From: Gammaproteobacteria bacterium
Lineage (GTDB): Bacteria; Pseudomonadota; Gammaproteobacteria; Steroidobacterales; Rariloculaceae
Length of the DNA stretch: 64,000 bases
Assembly (NCBI GenBank): GCA_035644475.1
Contig: DASQOL010000018.1
Span: 15,495 to 79,494, forward strand
Direction: 5' to 3'
The notes beneath the pieces were generated by a model. That model saw nothing but the letters and a program-made list of their open reading frames with translations, did no database searches and had not been told where the DNA came from. Every line of letters begins with the position of its first letter. Position 1 is the first letter of the stretch. Both the position numbers and the translations under genes were made by a program. Below are positions 51,333-59,807 of the stretch, in pieces.

Positions 51333-51839
51333 ATGCAGGACGCCGTCAAGCGAATCGTCGAACGCTTCAAGCTGATCCCCCATCCGGAGGGCGGCTACTA
51401 CCGTGAGGTCTATCGTTCGCCGCTCGAGATCCAGCATCCGGGAGTCGACGCGAGCCACGACACGAGTCGGCGCGGCAGCACGTTCATCTACTTCCTGCTC
51501 GGCACGAACGATTTCTCGGCGTTTCACCGGGTGCGCTGGAGCGACGAGATCTGGCATCTGTACGCGGGCGGACCGCTCGAGCTGCACACGATCGACGCGC
51601 AGCACCGCTATGCGCGCCACGTTCTCACCGGCGACCTCGTGCACGGCGAGCCTACGCACGTCGTGCCCGCGGGCTGCTGGCAGGCCACGCGGCTCGCGCT
51701 CGGCGCCGAGTGGGCGTTCTGCGGCTGCACCGTGGCGCCGGGCTTCGACTTCGCCGACTTCGAGATGCCGCCCGCGCGCGACCTCGTGGGCATCTACCGC
51801 GAGCACGAGAAGATCATCCGCGAGCTCACGAGGCGCTGA
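51333..51839 (+). CDS. Cupin-fold protein, DUF985 family
   Basis: LIPHPEGGYYREVYRS...IYFLL...FSAFHRV.SDEIWHLYAGGPLELH is the DUF985 signature. Confidence 0.8.
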   Translation: MQDAVKRIVERFKLIPHPEGGYYREVYRSPLEIQHPGVDASHDTSRRGSTFIYFLLGTNDFSAFHRVRWSDEIWHLYAGGPLELHTIDAQHRYARHVLTGDLVHGEPTHVVPAGCWQATRLALGAEWAFCGCTVAPGFDFADFEMPPARDLVGIYREHEKIIRELTRR

Positions 51840-51843
51840 GAAC

Positions 51844-52464
51844 ATGCTCACGATCTACGGACGCACGAACTCGGTGAACGTCCAAAAGGTGCTCTGGTGC
51901 TTGGCCGAGCTCGACGTTCCGTACGTGCGCGTGGACGCGGGCCTCGAGCACGGCAAGAACGACGAGCCGTGGTACCTCGCGCTCAACCCCAACGGCCGCG
52001 TGCCACTGCTGCAGGACGGCGATTTCAGCCTCTGGGAATCGAACTCGATCGTGCGCTATCTCAGCGCGAAGAACGGGCTTGGGCTCCTCTGCCCCGCGTC
52101 CCTCGAGACGCGCGCGCACGCCGAGCGTTGGATGGACTGGCAGCTCTCGACGCTCGTGACGCCGGTGTCCATCGTGTTCTGGAACCTGATCCGCACGCCC
52201 GCCGACCGCCGCGACCCTGCCGCGGTCGCCAAGAACACGGCCGAGGCCAATCGCGTGCTCGAGCGCCTCGACGGTCACCTGCGCGCGCAGCCCTACGTCG
52301 CGGGCACGTTTACCATGGGCGACATTCCGGTCGGCGCCACAGTCCACCGCTGGCTCGCGCTGCCTGGCGTGGAGCGGCCGCCGTTCCCCGCGCTGCGCGC
52401 CTGGTACGAGCGGCTCGTCGAGCGGCCGGGCTACCGCGCCCACGTGATGCTGCCGCTGAGCTAA
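51844..52464 (+). CDS. Glutathione S-transferase
   Basis: MLTIYGRTNSVNVQKVLWCLAELDVPY...LNPNGRVPLLQDGDFSLWESNSIVRYL is the GST N-domain with the catalytic Ser/ES motif. Confidence 0.88.
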   Translation: MLTIYGRTNSVNVQKVLWCLAELDVPYVRVDAGLEHGKNDEPWYLALNPNGRVPLLQDGDFSLWESNSIVRYLSAKNGLGLLCPASLETRAHAERWMDWQLSTLVTPVSIVFWNLIRTPADRRDPAAVAKNTAEANRVLERLDGHLRAQPYVAGTFTMGDIPVGATVHRWLALPGVERPPFPALRAWYERLVERPGYRAHVMLPLS

Positions 52465-52469
52465 AACCT

Positions 52470-52498
52470 TTGACCTCGTTCAAGAGGTGCGGTACTTT
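52470..52498 (+). promoter_or_regulatory. Putative sigma-70 promoter (TTGACC-17-TACTTT) with a ~180-nt leader for the mltD-like gene
   Basis: Hexamers at 52470-52475 and 52493-52498 lie in a locally AT-richer stretch. Confidence 0.35.
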
Positions 52499-52684
52499 CG
52501 CGCCGTAAGCCGATAGAAATAAACAAGAAAGACTGAGCCGGAGAGCCTCGACGAAAGCCTGGCGCCGCGGCGTGGGACGTGAACTGCGTCCGGGACGCGG
52601 CCCGCTTCGTCTGGACATAATCCCGGCCAGCGTGGGACCGCCCGAGCGCGCAGTGAACGCGCCGGCGACAGGGGAAGTTAAAGG

Positions 52685-55024
52685 ATGTCTATGGATAGTG
52701 CGCACCGCGCCTTCGCCGCTTTCGTTTCGCTCGCCGCGCTGAGCTTTACGGCGGCGCGCGCCCAAGACGCCCCGACACCGCAAGACGATCAGTTCCCGCG
52801 CCCGGCCGAGCTCGAGCCCGCGGTGCAGTTTTGGACACGCGTCTACACCGAGATCAACACGCGCGAAGGTTTCATCCATGACGACACGCAGCTCGACATC
52901 GTCTACCAAACGGTCAAGGTCGGCGACGACCTGAGCTCGCGCGAGCGCCGCCGGCGCGTCGAGCGCGCGGCCGATCAGTACACCGTCATCCTCACGAAGC
53001 TCGGCGGCGGCGCGCGCACCAATCTCGGCAGCGAAGAGCAACGCGTGCTCGGCCTGTTCCCGGCCGACACGAGCAACGCCGAGCTCAAGGCAGCCGCCGC
53101 GCGCGTGCGCTTCCAGCTCGGCCAGGCCGACCGCTTCCGCGCGGGCCTAATACGGTCCGGCACGTGGAAGCCGTACATCTACGAAGTGCTCGACAATCAC
53201 GGCCTGCCGCGCGAGCTCGCGGCGCTGCCGCACGTCGAGTCGTCGTTCGACCCCACGGCATATTCGAAGGTAGGCGCCGCGGGTATGTGGCAGTTCATGC
53301 GCTCAACCGGCGTTCGCTACATGCGCATCGACCGCGTGGTCGACGAGCGGCGCGATCCGTTCTTGGCGTCGGACGCCGCAGCGCGCGTGCTCGCCGACAA
53401 CTACGACGTGCTCCAGAGCTGGCCGCTCGCGGTCACTGCCTACAACCACGGTGTCGGAGGCATGCGCAACGCCACGGTGCAGCAGAAGACCAAGGACATC
53501 GCCACGATCGTGCGCAAGTACCAGAGCCGGTCGTTCGGGTTCGCGTCGAGGAACTTCTACGCGGCGTTCCTCGCGGCGGTGCAAATCGACCAGAATCCGA
53601 CGAGATACTTCGGCTCGATCAGCATCAACCCGCCGTCCGACACCGGCGTTGTCGTGGTGCCCGACTTCCTGAGCGCCGACGCGCTCGCCGACGCGTTGAA
53701 CCTGCGCGAGGGCAAGCTGCGCGACCTCAACCCCGCGCTCACGGACGCCGTGTGGTCCGGCGACAAGCTCGTGCCGAAGGGCTTCGCGTTGCGCGTGCCG
53801 AAAGCGACCGCGGCGGTGGCCGAAGACCTCATGGCCTCGATCGCCACCAACGAGCGCTTCGCGTCGCAGCACCAAGACCTGCAACACAAGGTGCGCCGCG
53901 GCGACACGCTGTCGACGATCGCGGCCGAATATCACGTGAGCCTGGCCGCGCTGATGCGCGCGAACGGCCTCGGCGCCCGCGACATGATCCGCGTGGGGCA
54001 GCTCGTCAATCTGCCGGTGGACGCGCACGGCGGCGCCACCCCAACCGCCGTGCTCGCCCGCGCCGACACCGCGCCCGTCAAGCCGGTGCCCGCGGTGGCC
54101 GCCGCGCCGCCCGTGGCGGCCGAAGGCGCCTATGTCGTCCGCAACGGCGACAGCCTCGACCGCATCGCGAAGCGCCTCGGCACGACCGTCGAAGCGCTGA
54201 CCGCGGCAAACACGCTCGGCAACAAGAATCTGATCTTCCCCGGCCAGACGCTGAACGTGCCGGGCGCCGGCGAGGCGCCGGAAGCGGTGCTCGCGGCGAG
54301 CTCGCAGCCCGCGTCGGCCGCGGCCGTCGCGCTCGCGTCAGCCCCGGGCCGGCCGACGGTGTCGCCGGCCGTGGCCGTAGCGGCCGAGGCCGACGAAGCG
54401 GACGAGGTCGCCACCGACGAGCTCGAGGCCGCGCTCCAACCCGCCGTGCTCGCGAACGGGGAGCCCGCTCCGGCCGACGACGACACGGCCGGCGGAGACG
54501 TGAATGCGCTCGCGACGGCGCAGGCCGACCTCGCGGCCGACCCGAGCGACTACTCGGTCAACGCCAATGACCAGATCGAAGTGCAGGCGCTCGAGACGCT
54601 CGGCCACTACGCCGACTGGCTCGAGATCCCCACGCAGCGCATCCGCGCCCTGAACAAGATGAGCTTCAAGGACGCCGTCGTGATCGGCCAGATGCTGACG
54701 CTCGACTTCAGCAAGGTCGACGCGATGACCTTCGAGCAGCGCCGTACCGCCTACCAGCAGCAGGAGCAAGGCGAGTTCTTCATGACCTACCAGATCGCGG
54801 AAGTGGAGAATCGCAAGATCAAGCCCGGCGAGTCGCTGTGGGTGCTCGCGGCGCGCACCTACAAGGTGCCCGTGTGGCTGCTGCGTCAGTACAATCCGGA
54901 CCTGAACCTCGACCGCGTGTCGGCCGGCATCGTCGTGAAGTTCCCGCGGCTCAAGAAAGTCGACACGGGCCAAGACGCGGCCACGCCGGACATCGCGGCG
55001 GCCGCAGCCGAGGCCCAAAACTGA
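52685..55024 (+). CDS. mltD: Membrane-bound lytic murein transglycosylase D-like protein with multiple LysM domains
   Basis: SLT catalytic region LPHVESSFDPTAYSKVGAAGMWQFMRSTG. LysM repeats HKVRRGDTLSTIAAEYHVSLAALMRANGL and YVVRNGDSLDRIAKRLGTTVEALTAANTL, plus two degenerate C-terminal LysM-like segments. Ala/Pro-rich linkers. 779 aa. Confidence 0.85.
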   Translation: MSMDSAHRAFAAFVSLAALSFTAARAQDAPTPQDDQFPRPAELEPAVQFWTRVYTEINTREGFIHDDTQLDIVYQTVKVGDDLSSRERRRRVERAADQYTVILTKLGGGARTNLGSEEQRVLGLFPADTSNAELKAAAARVRFQLGQADRFRAGLIRSGTWKPYIYEVLDNHGLPRELAALPHVESSFDPTAYSKVGAAGMWQFMRSTGVRYMRIDRVVDERRDPFLASDAAARVLADNYDVLQSWPLAVTAYNHGVGGMRNATVQQKTKDIATIVRKYQSRSFGFASRNFYAAFLAAVQIDQNPTRYFGSISINPPSDTGVVVVPDFLSADALADALNLREGKLRDLNPALTDAVWSGDKLVPKGFALRVPKATAAVAEDLMASIATNERFASQHQDLQHKVRRGDTLSTIAAEYHVSLAALMRANGLGARDMIRVGQLVNLPVDAHGGATPTAVLARADTAPVKPVPAVAAAPPVAAEGAYVVRNGDSLDRIAKRLGTTVEALTAANTLGNKNLIFPGQTLNVPGAGEAPEAVLAASSQPASAAAVALASAPGRPTVSPAVAVAAEADEADEVATDELEAALQPAVLANGEPAPADDDTAGGDVNALATAQADLAADPSDYSVNANDQIEVQALETLGHYADWLEIPTQRIRALNKMSFKDAVVIGQMLTLDFSKVDAMTFEQRRTAYQQQEQGEFFMTYQIAEVENRKIKPGESLWVLAARTYKVPVWLLRQYNPDLNLDRVSAGIVVKFPRLKKVDTGQDAATPDIAAAAAEAQN

Positions 55025-55052
55025 CGGCCGCGCGGGCGGCTCGGGAGCAGCA

Positions 55053-55898
55053 ATGACCGAACCGCCCTCCTCCGACATCGAACGAAGCCTCGAGGGCCGC
55101 GTGATCGCGGTTCCCGAAGCGCGCCAACTCGACGTGCTCGCGGGGCTGCTCGAGAAGCGCGGCGCGCGAGTGCTGCGCTGCCCACTGGTCGGGATCGTCG
55201 ACGCGCCGGACTCGCGGCCGGTGGTGGCCTGGATCGAGCGACTCGTCGCGAAGCCCGCCGACCTCCTCGTGATCTACACCGGCGAGGGCGTTGAGCGCCT
55301 GCTCGGCTTCGCGCAGCGCGCGGGGCTCGAGGGCGAGTTCATCGCGGCGCTCGGCAAAACGCCCAAGATCACCCGTGGACCGAAACCGAAGCGCGCGTTG
55401 CGCCGCGTCGGGCTCGAGCCGCAATTCGAGGCGGCAGAGCCCACCACGCACGGGCTCATCGAGACGATCGTCGGGATCGATCTCGCGGGCAAGCGCGTGG
55501 CCGTGCAGCTCTACAACTCCGAGCAAGACCCCGAGCTAGTCGACTATCTGAGCGGCCGCGGCGTCGATCCCGACTGCGTGGCGCCGTACGTCTATGCGTC
55601 GGCGGCTGAGGACGAGCAGGTCGCCGCGTTGATCGGCGAGCTCGCGGCCGGCCGCGTCGACGCGATCGCATTCACGAGCAAGGCGCAGGTGCAGCGGCTC
55701 GTGAAGCTCGCGCGCGAGCGCGGGACCGAAAGCGCGCTGCGCGCGGGGCTCGAGCGCGCACGCGTCGCCGCCGTCGGGCCGGTGGTCGCCGCGGAGCTCG
55801 AGAACTTGGGCTTCCGCGTCGACGCGATGCCCGAGGACAGCTACTCGATGAAGCCGCTCGTGATTGCGCTCGGCGACTTGCTCGGCGCTCACGCGTAG
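55053..55898 (+). CDS. Uroporphyrinogen-III synthase (HemD/HEM4) family protein
   Basis: Two-lobed HEM4 pattern (VIAVPEARQLDVLAGLLEKRGARVLRCPL...; VDAIAFTSKAQVQRLVKLA...). It lies near the sirohaem-dependent sulfite reductase. Confidence 0.7.
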   Translation: MTEPPSSDIERSLEGRVIAVPEARQLDVLAGLLEKRGARVLRCPLVGIVDAPDSRPVVAWIERLVAKPADLLVIYTGEGVERLLGFAQRAGLEGEFIAALGKTPKITRGPKPKRALRRVGLEPQFEAAEPTTHGLIETIVGIDLAGKRVAVQLYNSEQDPELVDYLSGRGVDPDCVAPYVYASAAEDEQVAALIGELAAGRVDAIAFTSKAQVQRLVKLARERGTESALRAGLERARVAAVGPVVAAELENLGFRVDAMPEDSYSMKPLVIALGDLLGAHA

Positions 55899-55964
55899 GC
55901 TCGAAACGCCTCAGCGCAGGGCGAGGCCGAGCAACGCCGATGTCCACACGAGCCCTGCGGCCAG

Positions 55965-56873
55965 TCAGAGCCTCCAGACGGCGATCGCCGCCGCGACCAG
56001 CTGCACGGCCGTGATGAAGAGTGTGTTCGAAACGTAGAGCAGCGCGGCGAACAGGCCGGCCGCGGGTAGCGCCAGCAGCCTGCGCGTATCCGCCAGGTAG
56101 AACTTTCGGATCGCCACGGCAAGGTACGCGAACTGCCAAAGGCTCACGACCAGGAGAAATACGAGGAAGGCCGAGGGCATCTCCAGGATCTTCCCGAGCC
56201 GGAGCACGACAAGGTCGAGCAACGTCGTGAGCAGCACGAAGCTGAAGTAGTGCATGCTAAACACGGCGTGCTCGACCAACAGCGGCCGGCGGCGATGGAA
56301 GCACCCGTAGAGGACCAACGCGAGGAACGCGACTGTCGTAAACGACAACGGCGTCGCGAGACCGTTGAGCATGTCGTTGAATCGGTTGGTAACGTCGCTC
56401 GTGGCCTCCGCGACGGGCCCGATCTTGTTCGTTAACATCCGTTCGAGTAACCCGAAACGGTCGATCTGATCGGTCGTGCCTCCGACGGAACGTGCTCTCG
56501 GCGGCGGCACCGGCGCGATGCTCACTCTGAAACTTCCGACATTGATCGTGAAGCTCGTGCCACTCGGCATGACCAGCACGTACACGACGATCGCGGTGAG
56601 AAGCACGCGCAGCGGCTTGACGTAAAGCCGTCGCCGGCCCGCCGAGTATTCGAGCGCCAGGAATGCCGGGCGGAACAGCAGCAACCGAACGGTGCGCCAG
56701 ATCTTGCCGTCGAGATCGAAGATCTCGCCGGGCAGCGCGCGAGTCACGAAATGCCAGACGGTGAGCTTGTGCGGATCGAGGCGCTCCTCGCCGCATCGCG
56801 AGCAGTACGACCCGTCCAAGGGTTGCCCGCAGCTCGCGCACGTCGCCGACGGATGCGGCGCCTCAGTGCTCAT
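55965..56873 (-). CDS. DUF3667-family membrane protein with an N-terminal zinc ribbon
   Basis: CASCGQPLDGSYCSRCGE followed by ...LLLFRPAFLALEYSAGRRRLYVKPLR... and 4-5 TM segments. Confidence 0.75.
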   Translation of the reverse strand: MSTEAPHPSATCASCGQPLDGSYCSRCGEERLDPHKLTVWHFVTRALPGEIFDLDGKIWRTVRLLLFRPAFLALEYSAGRRRLYVKPLRVLLTAIVVYVLVMPSGTSFTINVGSFRVSIAPVPPPRARSVGGTTDQIDRFGLLERMLTNKIGPVAEATSDVTNRFNDMLNGLATPLSFTTVAFLALVLYGCFHRRRPLLVEHAVFSMHYFSFVLLTTLLDLVVLRLGKILEMPSAFLVFLLVVSLWQFAYLAVAIRKFYLADTRRLLALPAAGLFAALLYVSNTLFITAVQLVAAAIAVWRL

Positions 56874-57029
56874 GACTGTAATCCCCCGGCGACGAGCTTC
56901 GAGCTTCTTCTACTCGTTGCTGCGACTACGCCGAATCTTAGGTTCGGTCGAAGGTCGGACGGATCGAATAGTAGCAGACCCGCCGACCGTCGCCGCGGCG
57001 GCGATTTAGGGTCCGGCGCGTTCCGCGCG

Positions 57030-57524
57030 TCAGCGGTGGTGGCGGAGCTGCATGGCCGTCGGCCGGCCGTCGGCGGTGGGCTGGTACCAGACCGAGAAGT
57101 CCGAGATCGCCGTTTGGAAAGCGGCGACCGGATCGGGGCTCTGTTGCACGTCGAGCGCGTCGAACCCGACTCGCAGCATGAAGAACAGCTGCTCGAGCAG
57201 CACGTCGCCGACGGCGCGCAGCTCGCCCTTGAACCCGTAGCGCTCGCGCAACAGGCGCGCATACGAGTACGCGCGGCCGTCGCGGAACTTCGGGAACTCG
57301 AGCGCGATGAGCGCGAGCTTCGGCACGTCGTCGGCAATGAGCTCCGGCGACTGATCGCTGTGGAGCCTCAAACCGATTGGCGTGCCGCGCGCGAGCAGCG
57401 CGTCGCGGTGCTTCTGCCATTGCTCCAAGCTTACGATCACGGCGCCGGCCTCGGGGATCGCCTCCGCCGCGCTCGCGTCGACGAACGTGTCCGCGACGAC
57501 CTTGCCGCCCTTGAGCAACGACAT
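57030..57524 (-). CDS. DUF934-family protein (sulfite-reductase-associated)
   Basis: LIALEFPKFRDGRAYSYARLLRERYGFKGELRAVGDVLLEQLFFMLRVGFDA is the DUF934 signature. Its start overlaps the cysI stop by 1 nt. Confidence 0.85.
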   Translation of the reverse strand: MSLLKGGKVVADTFVDASAAEAIPEAGAVIVSLEQWQKHRDALLARGTPIGLRLHSDQSPELIADDVPKLALIALEFPKFRDGRAYSYARLLRERYGFKGELRAVGDVLLEQLFFMLRVGFDALDVQQSPDPVAAFQTAISDFSVWYQPTADGRPTAMQLRHHR

Positions 57525-59188
57525 CAGTGGGCCGTCTCCGCCCCGTAGACGGAGGCCTTGAACGGCTCGATGCCGACGCGCCGATACGTATCGATGAAAC
57601 GCTCGCCGGGCTCGCTGTGCTCGAGGTAGGTGTCGACGATCTTGCGGATCGCGCCCGGCACCTCGGCCTGCGGCAGACCGGGGCCCAGGCGGTCTCCGAG
57701 CGACGCGTTCTGGTCGGACGAGCCCCCGAGCGTGAGCTGGAAGAATTCCTCGCCGCGTTTGTCGACGCCGAGAATCCCGATGTGGCCCACGTGGTGGTGA
57801 CCGCAGGCGTTCATGCAGCCCGAGATGTTGATCGTGAAGTTGCCGATCCTCTGGAGCTCGTCGATGTCGGAGAACGCGCGGCTGATGTCCTGAGCGATCG
57901 GGATCGCGCGCGCGTTCGCGAGCGCGCAGTAGTCGAGACCCGGGCAGCAGATGATGTCGGACAGGAGCCCGAGATTCGGCGTGGCGAGCTCGAGCGCGAA
58001 GAGCTCGCGCCAGAGCTGCTCGAGGTCGCCCTGCTTCACGTCCGTGAGCACGAGATTCTGGCGGTGGCTCACGCGAATCTCGCCGAAGCTGTAGCGGTCG
58101 GCGAGATCGGCGACTGCGTCCATCTTGTCGGCCGTGATGTCGCCCGGCACGCGGCCCGGGGCTTTCAGCGACACGGTCACGATCGCGTAGCCCGGCACCT
58201 TGTGCTCGACCACGTTGCCGCGCATCCAGCGGTCGAACGCGCGATCGGTCTTGCGGCGCGCGTCGAGCTCCGGACCGATGTCCTTCAGCGTCTCGTACTT
58301 CGGCGGCGCGAAGTACGCCTTGATGCGCGCGATTTCTTCGTCCGGCACCTTGAGCTGGCCGTTCTTCGTGAGCTCGAATTCCTTGTCGACGAGCTCTCGA
58401 TATTTGTCGATGCCCATCTGGTTGACGATGATCTTGATCCGCGCCTTATGGATGTTGTCGCGGCGGCCGAGCATGTTGTAGACGCGCAGAATCGCCTCGA
58501 CGTACGTGAGCAGATGCGAAGGATGGAGCCACTTGCGAATCGTCTGGCCGATGTACGGCGTGCGGCCGAGACCGCCGCCCACCAGCACCTCGAAGCCGAT
58601 CTCGCCCTGCTCGTTCTTGTGCATCCGCAAACCGATGTCGTGCACGGCGACCGCCGCGCGGTCGTTCGGCGAGCCCGTTACCGCGATCTTGAACTTGCGC
58701 GGCAGGTAGGAGAACTCGGGGTGCAGGAACGAATACTGGCGCAACAGCTCGCAGTAGATCCGCGGATCGGCGAGCTCGTCCTTCGCGCAGCCCGCGTACT
58801 GGTCCGACGTGATGTTGCGGACGCAGTTGCCCGACGACTGGATCGACGTGATCTCGGAGCTCGCGAGATCTTTCACGGCGTCGGGGGCTTCTTCGAGCTT
58901 GATCCAGTTGTATTGGATGTTTTGCCGAGTGGTGAAGTGGCCGAAGCCCTTGTCGTAGGTGCGCGCGACGTGCGCGAACGTGCGCATCTGCTTCGACGAC
59001 AGCGTGCCGTACGGCACGTTGACCCGCAGCATGTAGGCGTGCAGCTGGAGATAGAGGCCGTTCATGAGGCGCAGCGGCCGGAACTGATCCTCGGTGAGCT
59101 CGCCGGCGAGGCGGCGCTTCACCTGCCGGCGAAACTGCGCGGCGCGCTCGGCGACGAACTTGGCGTCGAATTCATCGTATCGGTACAT
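57524..59188 (-). CDS. cysI: Sulfite reductase hemoprotein (nitrite/sulfite reductase, sirohaem-[4Fe-4S])
   Basis: NIR_SIR ferredoxin-like and 4Fe-4S/sirohaem motifs (TTRQNIQYNWI, SSGNCVRNITS, CPGLDYCALA, ISGCMNACGHHHVGHIGI). Confidence 0.9.
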   Translation of the reverse strand: MYRYDEFDAKFVAERAAQFRRQVKRRLAGELTEDQFRPLRLMNGLYLQLHAYMLRVNVPYGTLSSKQMRTFAHVARTYDKGFGHFTTRQNIQYNWIKLEEAPDAVKDLASSEITSIQSSGNCVRNITSDQYAGCAKDELADPRIYCELLRQYSFLHPEFSYLPRKFKIAVTGSPNDRAAVAVHDIGLRMHKNEQGEIGFEVLVGGGLGRTPYIGQTIRKWLHPSHLLTYVEAILRVYNMLGRRDNIHKARIKIIVNQMGIDKYRELVDKEFELTKNGQLKVPDEEIARIKAYFAPPKYETLKDIGPELDARRKTDRAFDRWMRGNVVEHKVPGYAIVTVSLKAPGRVPGDITADKMDAVADLADRYSFGEIRVSHRQNLVLTDVKQGDLEQLWRELFALELATPNLGLLSDIICCPGLDYCALANARAIPIAQDISRAFSDIDELQRIGNFTINISGCMNACGHHHVGHIGILGVDKRGEEFFQLTLGGSSDQNASLGDRLGPGLPQAEVPGAIRKIVDTYLEHSEPGERFIDTYRRVGIEPFKASVYGAETAH

Positions 59189-59197
59189 GTCTACTAC

Positions 59198-59563
59198 CTA
59201 TTCCTTCGCGTTCCGATTGACGCGCGCGGCGCCTTCGGCGCGCCGGTCCCCCTCGGGGGCGATGCCGACGATGGGCACCGCGACGTCCTCCATGTCGGTG
59301 CGCACCGTCGGCCCGAACGCGCGGATGACTTCACGGATCTCGGTCGGCCTCACCTTGCCGTTCTCGACCTTGACCTGGATCAAGATGGGGTCGATGACGA
59401 GGCAGCGCGCTACGGCCTGCTTCGCGACCTCGAGCAACTGCTGCGCCTCGGCGTCGTCGTCGACGACGGACCCGTGGTCGATAGCCGTGTCCCAGCGCTC
59501 TTCAGGCGCGAGGAAGACCACTCGGCCGTCAACGAGGCGATTGGCGATGATCATCTGCGGCAT
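59198..59563 (-). CDS. DUF2849-family protein
   Basis: MPQMIIANRLVDGRVVFLAPEERW... is the typical DUF2849 N-terminus, in the conserved position upstream of cysI. ATG 59563 is preferred over the listed TTG 59593. Confidence 0.75.
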   Translation of the reverse strand: MPQMIIANRLVDGRVVFLAPEERWDTAIDHGSVVDDDAEAQQLLEVAKQAVARCLVIDPILIQVKVENGKVRPTEIREVIRAFGPTVRTDMEDVAVPIVGIAPEGDRRAEGAARVNRNAKE

Positions 59564-59708
59564 CGGCAAAGTCGGGGGAAACAGCCCTGGCAACCGGTCA
59601 GGCCATCATTCTACACGCCGGTCCAGCACGACTAGTTATAAGAAGTCCGACGTTGGATATGCCTGAGGGCGAAGACGGGGAGGGTTACTTTTTCGGCTGC
59701 GCCACGGA

Positions 59709-59807
59709 CCGAAAATAGGGACATGTTGCCTTTTTCGGCCGTGCGACGGGGCGCGATGCCGAGCGCGGGAGCGTCGGCCGAAAAAGGCAACATGTCCCTA
59801 TTTTCGG
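59709..59807. repeat. GGGACATGTTGC-core inverted repeat element, copy C
   Basis: Perfect 33-bp arms CCGAAAATAGGGACATGTTGCCTTTTTCGGCCG at 59709-59741 and 59775-59807, with a 33-nt loop. The right arm contains the stop codon of the EAL gene. Confidence 0.9.
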
